A stretch of 64,000 nt of DNA from Octopus vulgaris (Eukaryota): NCBI GenBank assembly GCA_951406725.2, contig OX597817.1, positions 48,236,001 to 48,300,000 on the forward strand. The letters run 5' to 3'. Below the pieces are notes generated by a model. That model was not told the origin of the DNA. It worked only from the letters and a program-made list of their open reading frames with translations, and ran no database searches. Below, piece after piece: positions 25,288-39,200 of this stretch. Position numbers and translations under genes: made by a program. The number at the start of each line of letters is the position of its first letter. The first letter of the stretch is position 1.

Positions 25288-25919
25288 TTAAGTATATATT
25301 TGCATACAAATCCACATATATGATTATGTATGTAAATAATGAAAAATATGTACGCAAATACGTGCTCACACAAATATAAGTATATACACCATACGTATAC
25401 ATCCATGTACATAAATATAAATATAAACATACACATATACTTAAACACATACACAGACGCACACATACACATACATAATCACACCCACAATACACACATA
25501 CGCATAAAAAACATCTAGATCATAACGTATATATACAAACAATTTATTAAAGCTACTCAAAGGATATAATATTAAAACTACAAATTTACAAAATGCAGCA
25601 CCATATATAGAAATATCCATGAATTAAACGTAACAATTAAATGGGTTTCTAAAATGCAATGAAATAAAATACAATAATAAAATGATAAAAGCAAGAAAAA
25701 TGAACCCCGGTAAATTTTCAGCTTGAAAATGATATGTAAGACAGTCGAAGGTTTTCTTAAAGAATACGTCGAAATATACATTCGATATTATTGCGATGCA
25801 AAATAACCATACATTACAAATACAAATTCAAAGGTGGCATTCGAAGCTTATTCAAATGTCAACATATATTATTCATATGGTATTTTGTCGGTTGACATTT
25901 TAAATTTTGTTGCCTGCCT

Positions 25920-26700
25920 ACAGGAATTTAAGAGTTCGCGTCTTTGATTCAAAGCGCTATTATCCATACACACACAAGCGCATACTCAGTACAGAGAGGC
26001 ATAAATTGCATTTCATGGGTCTTTTATGAACTCCATGTCTGTAAGCTGATGCTTTATCTGAGATTTTCCATGTAACATTGAAAGGACAGGTTTCATTTTC
26101 TTTCAATTCTCAGACATGTTTCGCCAAACTAGTCTTTGTCCTATTTTCGGGGTAGCGGCATGAATTTCTGTGGGAACAAAATCGGGTCTTGAAAGAATTT
26201 TCTGAAGTCCCTGTGTATGTTTTATATTCTTGTGAGCTTTCTATTTGTGTTTTGGCCCTATACACAATACCTTTTTCCAGACATTTTCCTTCCAACGGAC
26301 AGGAGGTCTCATCTTTACAATTACAAATCCTCAGATTTGAACCGGCACTCTAGCTATCTGTAATTATTTTAGTGTTGTGTTGGCTAATGCAAGAGGCGAA
26401 GTTTTTACAACAAGAATAGTAATCTTCAGCGTTCTTCTATTAAATATTCTCTAAAATTTATGGCTAAGTAGAAAATGCCTAGAAACTAATTTTAAGAATT
26501 CTCAACCTATATTAGATTTTACGGCCATATTAAATGCTGGGTTGAACCACAAAACCTTTCTAGTTCTAGTTCTACGTGTGGTATTATTGCTAGCATTAAC
26601 TTGGGTGTACTGGATCTTCTCAGAGAATCCACTATTCCTTCATGCATTGTTGTAATAGGTTGCAGTATTTTGAAATGCTGTCCCATTCAAAGTAATTGAT
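25920..26700 (-). pseudogene. Penelope-like element C-terminal fragment with GIY-YIG endonuclease
   Basis: VLWFNPAF..IFNRRTLKI and CNCKDETSCPLEGKCLEKGIVYRAK..YTGTSENSFKTRFCSH..TSLAKHV..CNLCL. Confidence 0.85.
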
Positions 26701-26718
26701 GATATTCGCCTACCTACC

Positions 26719-26780
<62 letters not shown>

Positions 26781-28580
26781 ATTCTTAAAAATATATTTTT
26801 CTGTCTATATATATGTACTACGAAACAAACATGATTTTTATTGGAATCCTAATAGTTTTTGTTGAATACTTTCTTCAAATGACGGTGCCCCCAGCTCATG
26901 AGCTGAAACTAGAATCAATCAATCAATACTTTCTTTAAACTGTTTTTAATATTTTTTTATTATTTTTATCAAAGAACGTATATATGTATTTCAATATATT
27001 TGTGACAACCAGCACTCAGCACAAAAAAGCTTATACAAAGCTTATATTTTACTTTTAACAATACTTTCCTTTAAAAGGAAAACCGATCAAGTGAATAAAC
27101 TTCTTTAGAATTGCATTTTCAAATCTTCTTTCATATATAGCAATGTGGAATGAAAAGGAATTTTTTTTGTTTCTGGGCTAGTATGTCATGGTTCAGTGGT
27201 TTTTCGGACTGTTCATAGAGTTCAGAATGGTGTGAGTGTGTGTGTGTGTGTGTCTCTGTGCACGACTTTATGTGTATTTTTCTGTTTGTGTGTATGTGCT
27301 TGTGTCTGTGTTCGTGGGCCGTTTTTAATTGGTCCCAGAGTTTAGTGTGGAGCATGTATGGCTTTGTGTACATTTATCAGGATGGTGTGTGAATATGTAT
27401 GCACGTTCGTGTGTGTGTATATGTGTGAACGCGAAATAAAAGACTCCAAGAACTTAAGGCAATTCCTCTCGAAAGACATTACCCAGCATATATACACACA
27501 TATGTACACACACACAAACTCAATCGTTCCCCAGTAAAAAATCACACATACACTCAAAGTAAAAAATCTCACATACACATATATGCAAGCTATACAAGTC
27601 CAACAAACACAACAAACACTAACAAACACACAGACATACACACACATACACACCAACATGTACACGCACACAATGATACACACCACCCTGACAAATACAA
27701 GACACATAGACATACTCACACGTATACACACACACTACACAAACAATACAAACGACACAAAACACTCACACAATACACAAACACCCATGTGCACACACAC
27801 CCGGAAACTACATAAACCACACCCACATATATGCACACACACACACAAACGCATACTCAGTACCAACATGCATATAACGTACAGGCACACACATACCCAC
27901 CACCCGGATAACACAACATACACGGACACACAGAGAACTCCTGATAAATACAACACACCAACACACACATATATGTGCACCGTCACAAACACATACGGTT
28001 GCTCACACACAACGTCAGGACAATTAAAACACAAACATACTCAGATACACACATATACACACTCACGTACACACATAACTTCCCCACCAACACAAAGCAC
28101 ACACAAACATACACACTCACACACACAAACGCAGACATACACATCTGCGAACAAACATATACATACACATACGCACACACAACACCCTGACGAATACAAA
28201 TCACACACATATACACACACCATCCTGTTAAATATACGCAGAGGTATTCATACACCACACTCAACTCTGGTACCAATAAAAAAACGTCCCCCACATAAAA
28301 AAACGGCGCTTGCGCGGTGGATTTGAAAAATTAAATACAAGAGGCACATTCTGGATTAGCTTCGTGTTTATATGTTTAATCTTGGCGTACCTGCTGACGA
28401 AGACATCGCCTGGCAAATTATTTTATTTGCTAAAAAATTCAGAAACCATTGTCCAGGAAATAGATGGTAAATGTTTTATTTTTCATTCCCTTTGAGAATT
28501 TATCCCTAATTAGTGGTTTGAACTTCTAGCGTAAGGGAGTCCAGCGATGGCTATCTCTTAATGTGTTTAAATGTACACCG

Positions 28581-28625
<45 letters not shown>

Positions 28626-28626
<1 letters not shown>

Positions 28627-30303
28627 TAGCAGAGATACCCGGCATTTAACGTGTTACATGCAATTGAATAATTACACTTATCTGTTATATTTTCTGTAAT
28701 GAACTGGAATACCTATTTTCCGAATTTCATCAAAATTGCAGATGAGGGTTATTTCCCTCTTTATACACCCTAACAAAATTGTAATCGTGCCACATGTATC
28801 CGATACTACTGATTTTTATACGCATATTCAAAAATTCCAATCTTATAGAACCTGTTAAAAGGATTTTGCTCCTGAAAAATGGAGGTCATGGAGCTCTAAA
28901 ATGTGAGAGTTAAGACCCATCATTGGGGGTGGGTGTCTTAATGTCAACCAGAGAATTCGAATTGTTGAGAATCTTTTTAACTTGGGTCTTATATCTATTG
29001 TTTGAATTTCTTTGAAATAAGAAATATATGCTCACTGGGTTTGTAAAAGCGAGCAAAGCTACAGGAAACCAAAAGACGAATGATCACAATAAGCAGTCAG
29101 CTACCTTACTCTAGTCGTTACCATTCCCACTATAGGATTCCTCACCATCCAGGTGACAGGCACAACCGTAAGATGCATTACGAATCTATAACAATTGGAA
29201 GGGCGTGACCCAACTGAAATAAACATTAACAACTGTGTGACGTGAGGGCTAAGGAGAAATGAAAGTGTCACCTCTGGAGTTTGCAAATGACCACTATACT
29301 GACACGTAACTGGACAGAATGAAGTTAAAATCTATAAATGTCTTTGAATAACCAATCACTCATCTGGGAAGTCTTTGAAATCAATGTTGCCATCTGGGGA
29401 CTATGTGTGACCCGGTGATAATAAAAACGCTGAAAGGAGGTCTGCAACCAAATAACTTTACTCAACACTTTGCAACTGAATCAGTGGAGGCAAAGATGCT
29501 TCTCATTTACTTAAAAATTTATGCACCACATTGCAGAAATCTCAATCTAAGTATATGTCAAAGCAAACTCTTACACTGTTGTACCATTGATTTACAAATA
29601 ATGCTCATATTTTATGCTCGGATGACCCTACAGCTTCCAAGAGTACAATTGTATTCGTCTTTGCTTAGATAAAAAGATTAAATTGTGGGTGTTCACTTCC
29701 CATGAAGAGGTCTTTCTAACTTGTAAGAAGATGAAATTTTATAAATATTACTTCATTTGTGTCTAATATCTATGGCTAAAATTTCATCAACAGCAAAAAT
29801 ATATGAATTGTCATGGGGGTTATGGCCCTTATGCATAGAATATAATTTCCAAATTTTGTAAAGATCCATTCAGTACTTATGACCTAATTTTGGATCATAA
29901 AAGAAATGACTAAAATTTGGGAGTTAGAATCGTCATGTGAAGTGGAAACTTTGAGAATACTTCCTGATGTGTGTCAATTACCCATGGCTGAAAGTTCATC
30001 AACGTCGAAAATGTTTGAATTTTAAGCCATCTGAAATTTATGAATTTATAAATTTTAAGCCATCTGAAATTCAAACCAAACATATTGCATTATATCCGCC
30101 CTTATGCATTGAATCTAAGTTTCAAATATCATAAGGATCTATTCAGTAATTTTGGTCCATGAAATTGTATGAAACACACAGCATTACCCTTCTCCCTAGG
30201 CTTGGATTTTGTGTTCCAAATTTTATCATGATCGGTGCAGCAGTTTTCGAATGTCTAAGTAAGACACGAACACACATTAAGACATTGACTTTGATATAAT
30301 AGA
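28626..30303 (-). mobile_element. Non-autonomous Helitron-like element (~1.7 kb)
   Basis: Minus strand begins A|TCTATTATAT (30303) and ends CCGGGTATCTCTGCTAG|T (28626), matching the TC...CTAG termini and A/T target of Helitrons; the subterminal hairpin is incomplete. Confidence 0.6.
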
Positions 30304-30337
30304 TATGAATATGCACATATACATCCATATATATATT

Positions 30338-30368
<31 letters not shown>

Positions 30369-30388
30369 ACACACACACAAAGATAAAT

Positions 30389-30798
30389 CTTATATTTATA
30401 GACCTGGAGTTGTCTGCGTATGTGTTTGTGGTAGGCTTGGTAGCCTTCAACTAACACTATCTCCTCTGAAACCGTGCGGCGCAAGTTGACCACAATTGGG
30501 AGTATGATAGAAGAAGGTTTGCTCTTTCTTCCGTAGAAGAAAAAAATCTAATCGGACCATGTTAATATCAAAATTTAGCTGCTGTGAGCATTATACTTTG
30601 TAAGACCATTATAAAAATAGAGACTAAATAACAGATATTATTATCTATTCAATTGTCAGGTTTTGAATATTAATTAAGGGGATTTAGAAGAAATTTTTAT
30701 GAGAAAATTTCTAGCAAAAAAATTATTGATTAGCACATATATCAAGAGCCTTTAAAACATTTTAAAATACAATGGAAGGGAATTAACCAAGATGAAAG
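30389..30798 (+). repeat. Direct copy of 5170-5580 (Helitron-like end fused to Penelope sequence) truncating the RepHel gene
   Basis: Near-identical sequence from cttatatttatagacctgg to gatgaaag. Confidence 0.9.
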
Positions 30799-33246
30799 CC
30801 AAACAGGCCTCTCTGTAGGATGACCATACGCGGTTATCGTATGTTCTGAGATCTTGAAAACATGTTGGCCCCCTTACTACATGTAAGTAGAAACTCATGT
30901 CAAGTAGGAGGGACTGTAAAAACTCGTCCCAAGCAATTAGAAAATTTGATGCCCGGAAATCTATCTATTGGTTGTCCTTGTTTTCTACGGCTCCATGCGT
31001 TTCTGTTCCATATGTAGTATGCTGGTACTTGTGGATAAAATAACGTTTTTGCAAAATCGTCAGTTTCGCAAAGTTTAAATAATGCTGATAAAGTCGTTTC
31101 ACGAAGTGTCTGTGCCAAGTCAGCAGCATTTTCGTTGGTGTAGACTATCCGTTGATCATAGTCTAAGTGAATATCTAAATGTTGTATCGGAGGATACCTA
31201 TCATGAATGGGGAAATCGAATATCCTTCAAAATACCTCATTACTGCTGATGTAGCGACCAACTAAGTACTGTTTTACCTCATCTCTACTTTCACCGTTTT
31301 TTTAGTCCAAACGAAGCATCATCGGAACCCTTGTTGATGTATTTACAAATGTATTTTATGAATTTCACGGAACTACAAAATTCAACATTAATATGGGCAT
31401 CGAAAGTACTTAGCAAGAATTTATTGTAGGGAATCACCCATCTGTTATCTACTTCGTGATTCTTAACTACAGCCGTAAAACCTCCTTCTCATGGTCGCTT
31501 ACGCATATACAGCGGATAACCGTCACAGTCAGTCTGCGTTTCGCAAACGAATTGACGAGGATAATGTTTGTCGCACATTTTTTGGTCTTTAACGCATGGT
31601 AGTTGTTTGATAAACCCTGGTCCGCATGGACCATGCGCCATATGGGCCCTAACTTTCATGTATAAGTCCTTGTCAACTTAGGGATCAGGAAACTCAGCAG
31701 AGATGATTTTATCGATGTCGTTGGAATTTACCTTTGTTGTCAGCCAAATAAGAATATGGGCATGAAGAAGACCTCTTTTTTACCATTCAATCGTGTACAT
31801 GTGACAATTAACGGTCCAAAAACCTCACCTAGTTTAATTAGATCCATAAGTGTATGCAATTTCAGGTGAAATACTCTAGCCACTATATCATGACGGCACA
31901 TAGAAGTCTGACCAGGAAGGAGTTCTGCCTGAAGTTCTTTCCATTTTGGATTGCATGTAAAAGTTATGAATAAATGTGATCGACCGTAATATCTTACAAT
32001 TACCATTGCACCTTGAGTCTTTTCGTGCATATATCGAGGGCTACATGTGAAGGTAGAAGGAAGAATGCATACTTTTCCCAGACTTTTAGGGTCAGCATCG
32101 TTATTCATTCCATCACGTAGGAGAGTATAACTGTTGCAGCGTAGTTGTTTTTGATTGAGTTTAATGAAGCATAAACTTTCGGATTCCATTTTTGCATACA
32201 CATCAGTAGCTTATTGGTTAAAGAGGTCTTGGCAGCGGTGGAGGTGATTGAAGCAGTTATCTCTTATCATAAATCGGAATGCGAAGAATTCCTTACACGA
32301 AACGGTTTTTTTAGAGGAGTTCCAATGTGGAATACCGATATGGTATCCATCTTCCCCGTAAACGCAAGCCAGGGAATATTGTAGTGGATCGTATGATCTG
32401 TTTAACTCATTAACGCACTGAAGTCCATGCTCTCGTTGTTTAATAAAGATGTCACGTTTATTAACCTCCTACCCAGTTAGAAGTATCGCGACCTCATTGA
32501 AAGAAGGAGGATTGTAGCGGCCTGCGTGTTCACCGGACAGCCACCTATCAGCATCAATGACAACGCTGAAATTTTCCACAGGAGCCGATTCCAAAGCGTA
32601 TTTAAAGCTCTGAATGTGGCTGTTGTACCTGTGAAGCATTTCCTGCAGTTCAAGAAGAAGGCCCATTATAACTTGCAGTTTAATTGAGTATTTATCGTTT
32701 TCATCTGTGAAGGCATATAAATTTTGCATTGCTGCCTGTTGAAAGCTATCTGAAATAAAGTATACCTGGAGAAATTGCGGTGGATTATTATCAACAGGCT
32801 GCAGAGAGCCGATAAAATGATGCACCTGACCATGAACTTTAAAAGTTGTCATACATTCCCTCTTATGAAATTTATAACTGGATCCAAATGAGGACATCTG
32901 GAAGGCGCAATTGTAATGTCGGATATCGTTAAGGCAGGCCCTTGAGAGAGAATGGGTACCTGTAAGAAAAAGATTAAGTGGCTGTGGTGGATCCCTACGT
33001 GTAGGTGGTTTTACCTTTCCATTTGAACAAGACAATCCCGATGGTTCACCTACCCAATTTTAGCATTGCAAAATTGACAGGTTTTCGACATGCCGATCTG
33101 ATTGACAGGGTGGTCTGCATAATCATTAGTAGGAGCATAATTGAAAGCCTTCAATGACCATCCTGTTTTTACTGCTCCCGAAATACCTTGCCTATTGGCC
33201 ATGTACTGAGAAATACAACCGTGTCGATTGGATCTGTTATCTGCTG
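30799..33246 (-). pseudogene. Helitron RepHel, Rep (HUH) region; frameshifted, helicase absent
   Basis: YNCAFQMSSFG..FKVHGQVHHFIGSL, GRYNPPSFNEVAIL, LPSTFTCSPRYMHE..YGRSHLFITFTCNPKW..DIVARVF, KRGLLHAHIL, MAHGPCG and [15 protein letters not shown]. Confidence 0.92.
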
Positions 33247-36200
33247 TCTCTGCAGCTCTGGCAAATGCCGTAGAGGCAGCGTTTCTACTCAGAAGTAGTT
33301 CACGTTGTGCATCGTTCTCTGCAGTTCTGGCAAATGCCGTAGCGGTATCGTTTCTACTCAGACGTAGTTCACGTTGAGCATCCTTCTCTGCAGCTCTGGC
33401 AATTGCCGTAGAGGCAGCGTTTCTACTCAGACGTAGTTCACGTTGAGCATCGTTCTCTGCAGCTCTGGCAAATGCCGTAGCGGTATCGTTTCTACTCAGA
33501 AGTAGTTCACGTTGAGCATCGTTCTCTGCAGCTCTGGCAAATGCCGTAGCAGTATCATTTCTACTCAGATGTAGTTCACGTTGAGCATCGTTCTCTGCAG
33601 CTCTGGCAAATGCCGTAGAGGCAGCGCTTCTACTCAGACGTAGTTCGCGTTGTGCATCGTTCTCTGCAGCTCTGGCAAATGCCGTAGAGGCAGCGTTTCT
33701 ACTCAGACGTAGTTCACGTTGAGCGTCGTTCTCTGCAGCGCTAGCGAATGCTGTAGAGGCAGCGCTTCTACTCAGACGTGGTTCACGTTGAGCATCGTCC
33801 TCTAGCTTTGGCAAATGCCGTAGAGGCATCGTTTCTACTCAGACGTATTTCACGTTGAGCATTGTTCTCTGCGGCTCTGGCAAATGCCGTAGAGGCAGCG
33901 TTTCTACTCAGACGTAGTTCACGTTGAGCATCGTTCTCTGCGGCTCTGGCAAATGTGGTAGAGGCATCGTTTCTACTCAGATGTAGTTCACGTTGAGCAT
34001 CGTTCTCTGCAGCTCTGGCAAATGCCGTACAGGCAGCGCTTCTACTCAGATGTAGTTCACGTTGTGCATCGTTCTCTGCGGCTCTGGATAATGCCGTAGA
34101 GACAGCGTTTCTAATCAGACGTAGTTCACATTGAACATCGTTCTCTGCAGCTCTGGCAAATGTCGTAGAGGCATCGTTTCTACTCAGATGTAGTTCACGT
34201 TGAGCATCATTCTCTGCAGCTCTAGCAAATGCCGTAGAGGCATCGTTTCTACTCAGATGTAGTTCACGTTGTGCATCGTTCTCTGCAGCTCTGGTAAATG
34301 CCGTAGAGGCAGCGTTTCTACTCAGACGTAGTTCACGTTGAGCATCGTTCTCTGCAGCTCTGGCAAATGCCGTAGAGGCATCGTTTCTATGCAGAGGTAG
34401 TTCACGTTGAGCATCGTTCTCTGCAGCCCTGGCAAATGCCGTAGAGGCATCGTTTCTACTCAGATGTAGTTCACGTTGTGCATCGTTCTCTGCAGCTCTG
34501 GCAAATGCAGTAGAGGCAGCGCTTCTATTCAGACGTAGTTCACGTTGTGCATCGTTCTCTGAAGCTCTGGCAAGTGCCGTAGAGGCAGCGTTTCTATGCA
34601 GAGGTAGTTCACGTTGAGCATCGTTCTCTGCAGCCCTGGCAAATGCCGTAGAGGCATCGTTTCTACTCAGACGTAGTTCACGTTGAGCATCGTTCTCTGC
34701 AGCTCTGGCAAATGCCGTAGAGGCAGCGTTTCTATGCAGAGGTAGTTCACGTTGAGCATCGTTCTCTGCAGCCCTGGCAAATGCCGTAGAGGCAGCGCTT
34801 CTACTCAGACGTAGTTCACGTTGAGCATCGTTCTCTGCAGCTCTGGCAAATGCCGTAAAGGCAGCGTTTCTACTCAGACGTAGTTCACGTTGAGCATCGT
34901 TCTCTGCAGCTCTGGCAAATGTCGTAGAGGCATCGTTTCTACTCAGATGTATTTCACGTTGAGCATCGTTCTATGCAGCTCTGGCAAATGCCGTAGAGGC
35001 ATCGTTTCTACTCAGATGTAGTTCACGTTGTGCATCGTTCTCTGCAGCTCTGGCAAATGCCGTAGAGGCAGCGTTTCTACTCAGATGTAGTTCACGTTGA
35101 GCATCGTTCTCTGCAGCTCTGGCAAATGTCGTAGAGGCATCGTTTCTACTCAGACGTAGTTCTCGTTGAGCATCGTTCTCTGCAGCTCTAGCAAATGCCG
35201 TAGAGGCATCGTTTCTACTGAGATGTAGTTCACGTTGTGCATCGTTCTCTGCAGCTCTGGCAAATGACGTAGAGGCAGCGTTTCTACTCAGACGTAGTTC
35301 ACGTTGAGCAGCGTTCTCTGCAGCTCTGGCAAATGCCCTAGAGGCATCGTTTCTACTCAGATGTAGTTCAAGTTGTGCATCGTTCTCTGCAGCTCTGGCA
35401 AATGCCGTAGAAGCAGCGTTTCTACTCACACGTAGTTCACGTTGAGCATCGTTCTCTGCCGCTCTGGCAAATGCCGTAGAGGCAGCGCTTCTATTCAGAC
35501 GTAGTTCACGTTGTGCATCGTTCTCTGAAGCTCTGGCAAATGCCGTAGAGGCAGCGTTTCTATGCAGAGGTAGTTCACGTTGAGCATCGTTCTCTGCAGC
35601 TCTGGCAAATGCCGTAGAGGCAGCGCTTCTATTCAGACGTAGTTCACGTTGAGCATCGTTCTCTGAAGCTCTGGTAAATGCCGTAGAGGCAGCGTTTCTA
35701 TGCAGAGGTAGTTCACGTTGAGCATCGTTCTCTGCATTCCTGGCAAATACCGTAGACGCAGCGCTTCTACTCAGACGTAGTTCACGTTGAGCATCGTTCT
35801 AAGCAGTTCTGGCAAATGCCGTAGAGGCGGCGTTTCTACTCAGACGTAGTTCACGTTGAGCATCGTTCTCTGCTGCTCTGGCAAATGCCGTAGAGGCAGC
35901 GTTTCTACTCACACGTAGTTCACGTTGAGCATCGTTCTCTGCAGCTCTAGCAAATGCCGTAGAGGCATCGTTTCTACTCAGATGTAGCTCACGTTGTGTA
36001 TCGTTCTCTGCAGCTCTAGCAAATGCCGTAGAGGCATCGTTTCTACTCAGATGTAGTTCACGTTGAGCATCGTTCTAAGCAGTTCTGGCAAATGCCGTAG
36101 AGGCAGCGCTTCTACTCAGACGTAGTTCACGTTGTGCATCGTTCTCTGCGACTCTGGCAAATGTCGTAGAGACAGCGTCTCTACTCAGACGTAGTTCACG

Positions 36201-39200
36201 TTGAGCATCGTTCTCTGCAGCTCTGGCAAATGTCTTGGAGGCATCGTTTCTACTCAGATGTAGTTCACGTTGTGCATCGTTCTCTGAAGCTCTGGCAAGT
36301 GCCGTAGAGGCAGCGTTTCTATGCAGAGGTAGTTCACGTTGAGCATCGTTCTCTGCAGCCCTGGCAAATGCCGTAGAGGCATCGTTTCTACTCAGACGTA
36401 GTTCACGTTGAGCATCGTTCTCTGCAGCTCTGGCAAATGTCGTAGAGGCAGCGTTTCTATGCAGAGGTAGTTCACGTTGAGCATCGTTCTCTGCAGCCCT
36501 GGCAAATGCCGTAGAGGCAGCGCTTCTACTCAGACGTAGTTCACGTTGAGCATCGTTCTCTGCAGCTCTGGCAAATGCCGTAAAGGCAGCGTTTCTACTC
36601 AGACGTAGTTCACGTTGAGCATCGTTCTCTGCAGCTCTGGCAAATGTCGTAGAGGCATCGTTTCTACTCAGATGTAGTTCACGTTGAGCATCGTTCTATG
36701 CAGCTCTGGCAAATGCCGTAGAGGCATCGTTTCTACTCAGATGTAGTTCACGTTGTGCATCGTTCTCTGCAGCTCTGGCAAATGCCGTAGAGGCAGCGTT
36801 TCTACTCAGATGTAGTTCACGTTGAGCATCGTTCTCTGCAGCTCTGGCAAATGTCGTAGAGGCATCGTTTCTACTCAGACGTAGTTCTCGTTGAGCATCG
36901 TTCTCTGCAGCTCTAGCAAATGCCGTAGAGGCATCGTTTCTACTGAGATGTAGTTCACGTTGTGCATCGTTCTCTGCAGCTCTGGCAAATGACGTAGAGG
37001 CAGCGTTTCTACTCAGACGTAGTTCACGTTGAGCAGCGTTCTCTGCAGCTCTGGCAAATGCCCTAGAGGCATCGTTTCTACTCAGATGTAGTTCAAGTTG
37101 TGCATCGTTCTCTGCAGCTCTGGCAAATGCCGTAGAAGCAGCGTTTCTACTCACACGTAGTTCACGTTGAGCATCGTTCTCCGCCGCTCTGGCAAATGCC
37201 GTAGAGGCAGCGCTTCTATTCAGACGTAGTTCACGTTGTGCATCGTTCTCTGAAGCTCTGGCAAATGCCGTAGAGGCAGCGTTTCTATGCAGAGGTAGTT
37301 CACGTTGAGCATCGTTCTCTGCAGCTCTGGCAAATGCCGTAGAGGCAGCGCTTCTATTCAGACGTAGTTCACGTTGAGCATCGTTCTCTGAAGCTCTGGT
37401 AAATGCCGTAGAGGCAGCGTTTCTATGCAGAGGTAGTTCACGTTGAGCATCGTTCTCTGCATTCCTGGCAAATACCGTAGACGCAGCGCTTCTACTCAGA
37501 CGTAGTTCACGTTGAGCATCGTTCTAAGCAGTTCTGGCAAATGCCGTAGAGGCGGCGTTTCTACTCAGACGTAGTTCACGTTGAGCATCGTTCTCTGCTG
37601 CTCTGGCAAATGCCGTAGAGGCAGCGTTTCTACTCACACGTAGTTCACGTTGAGCATCGTTCTCTGCAGCTCTAGCAAATGCCGTAGAGGCATCGTTTCT
37701 ACTCAGATGTAGCTCACGTTGTGTATCGTTCTCTGCAGCTCTAGCAAATGCCGTAGAGGCATCGTTTCTACTCAGATGTAGTTCACGTTGAGCATCGTTC
37801 TAAGCAGTTCTGGCAAATGCCGTAGAGGCAGCGCTTCTACTCAGACGTAGTTCACGTTGTGCATCGTTCTCTGCGACTCTGGCAAATGTCGTAGAGACAG
37901 CGTCTCTACTCAGACGTAGTTCACGTTGAGCATCGTTCTCTGCAGCTCTGGCAAATGTCTTAGAGGCATCGTTTCTACTCAGATGTAGTTCACGTTGTGC
38001 ATCGTTCTCTGCAGCTCTGGCAAATGCCGTAGAGGCAGCGTTTCTACTCAGATGTAGTTCAAGTTGTGCATCGTTCTCTGCAGCTCTGGCAAATGCCGTA
38101 GAAGCAGCGTTTCTACTCACACGTAGTTCACGTTGAGCATCGTTCTCTGCCGCTCTGGCAAATGCCGTAGAGGCAGCGCTTCAATTCAGACGTAGTTCAC
38201 GTTGTGCATCGTTCTCTGAAGCTCTGGCAAATGCCGTAGAGGCAGCGTTTCTATGCAGAGGTAGTTCACGTTGAGCATCGTTCTCTGCAGCTCTGGCAAA
38301 TGCCGTAGAGGCAGCGCTTCTATTCAGACGTAGTTCACGTTGAGCATCGTTCTCTGAAGCTCTGGTAAATGCCGTAGAGGCAGCGTTTCTATGCAGAGGT
38401 AGTTCACGTTGAGCATCGTTCTCTGCATTCCTGGCAAATACCGTAGACGCAGCGCTTCTACTCAGACGTAGTTCACGTTGAGCATCGTTCTAAGCAGTTC
38501 TGGCAAATGCCGTAGAGGCGGCGTTTCTACTCAGACGTAGTTCACGTTGAGCATCGTTCTCTGCTGCTCTGGCAAATGCCGTAGAGGCAGCGTTTCTACT
38601 CACACGTAGTTCACGTTGAGCATCGTTCTCTGCAGCTCTAGCAAATGCCGTAGAGGCATCGTTTCTACTCAGATGTAGCTCACGTTGTGTATCGTTCTCT
38701 GCAGCTCTAGCAAATGCCGTAGAGGCATCGTTTCTACTCAGATGTAGTTCACGTTGAGCATCGTTCTAAGCAGTTCTGGCAAATGCCGTAGAGGCAGCGC
38801 TTCTACTCAGACGTAGTTCACGTTGTGCATCGTTCTCTGCGACTCTGGCAAATGTCGTAGAGACAGCGTCTCTACTCAGACGTAGTTCACGTTGAGCATC
38901 GTTCTCTGCAGCTCTGGCAAATGTCTTAGAGGCATCGTTTCTACTCAGATGTAGTTCACGTTGTGCATCGTTCTCTGCAGCTCTGGCAAATGCCGTAGAG
39001 GCAGCGTTTCTACTCAGACGTAGTTCACGTTGAGCATCGTTCTCTGCAGCTCTGGCAAATGTCGTAGAGGCATCGTTTCTATTCAGACGTACTTCACGTT
39101 GAGCATCGTTCTCTGCAGCTCTAGCAAATGTCGTTGAGGCATCGTTTCTACTCAGATGTAGTTCTCGTTGAGCATCGTTCTCTGCAGCTCTGGCAAATGC

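Larger units (their letters stand above)
10110..27558. repeat. Left arm of giant inverted segmental duplication
   Basis: Collinear reverse-complement match to 45131-63967, including mirrored ORF pairs 12409/62151, 14100/60424, 22925/52654 and 24923/47406. Confidence 0.95.

Noticed and set aside
28391-28470. CTGACGAAGAC hammerhead-like core (also CTGATGA at ~13085 and CTGAAGA at ~48362)
   Set aside because: I could not build convincing stems II/III plus GAAA and stem I around them.
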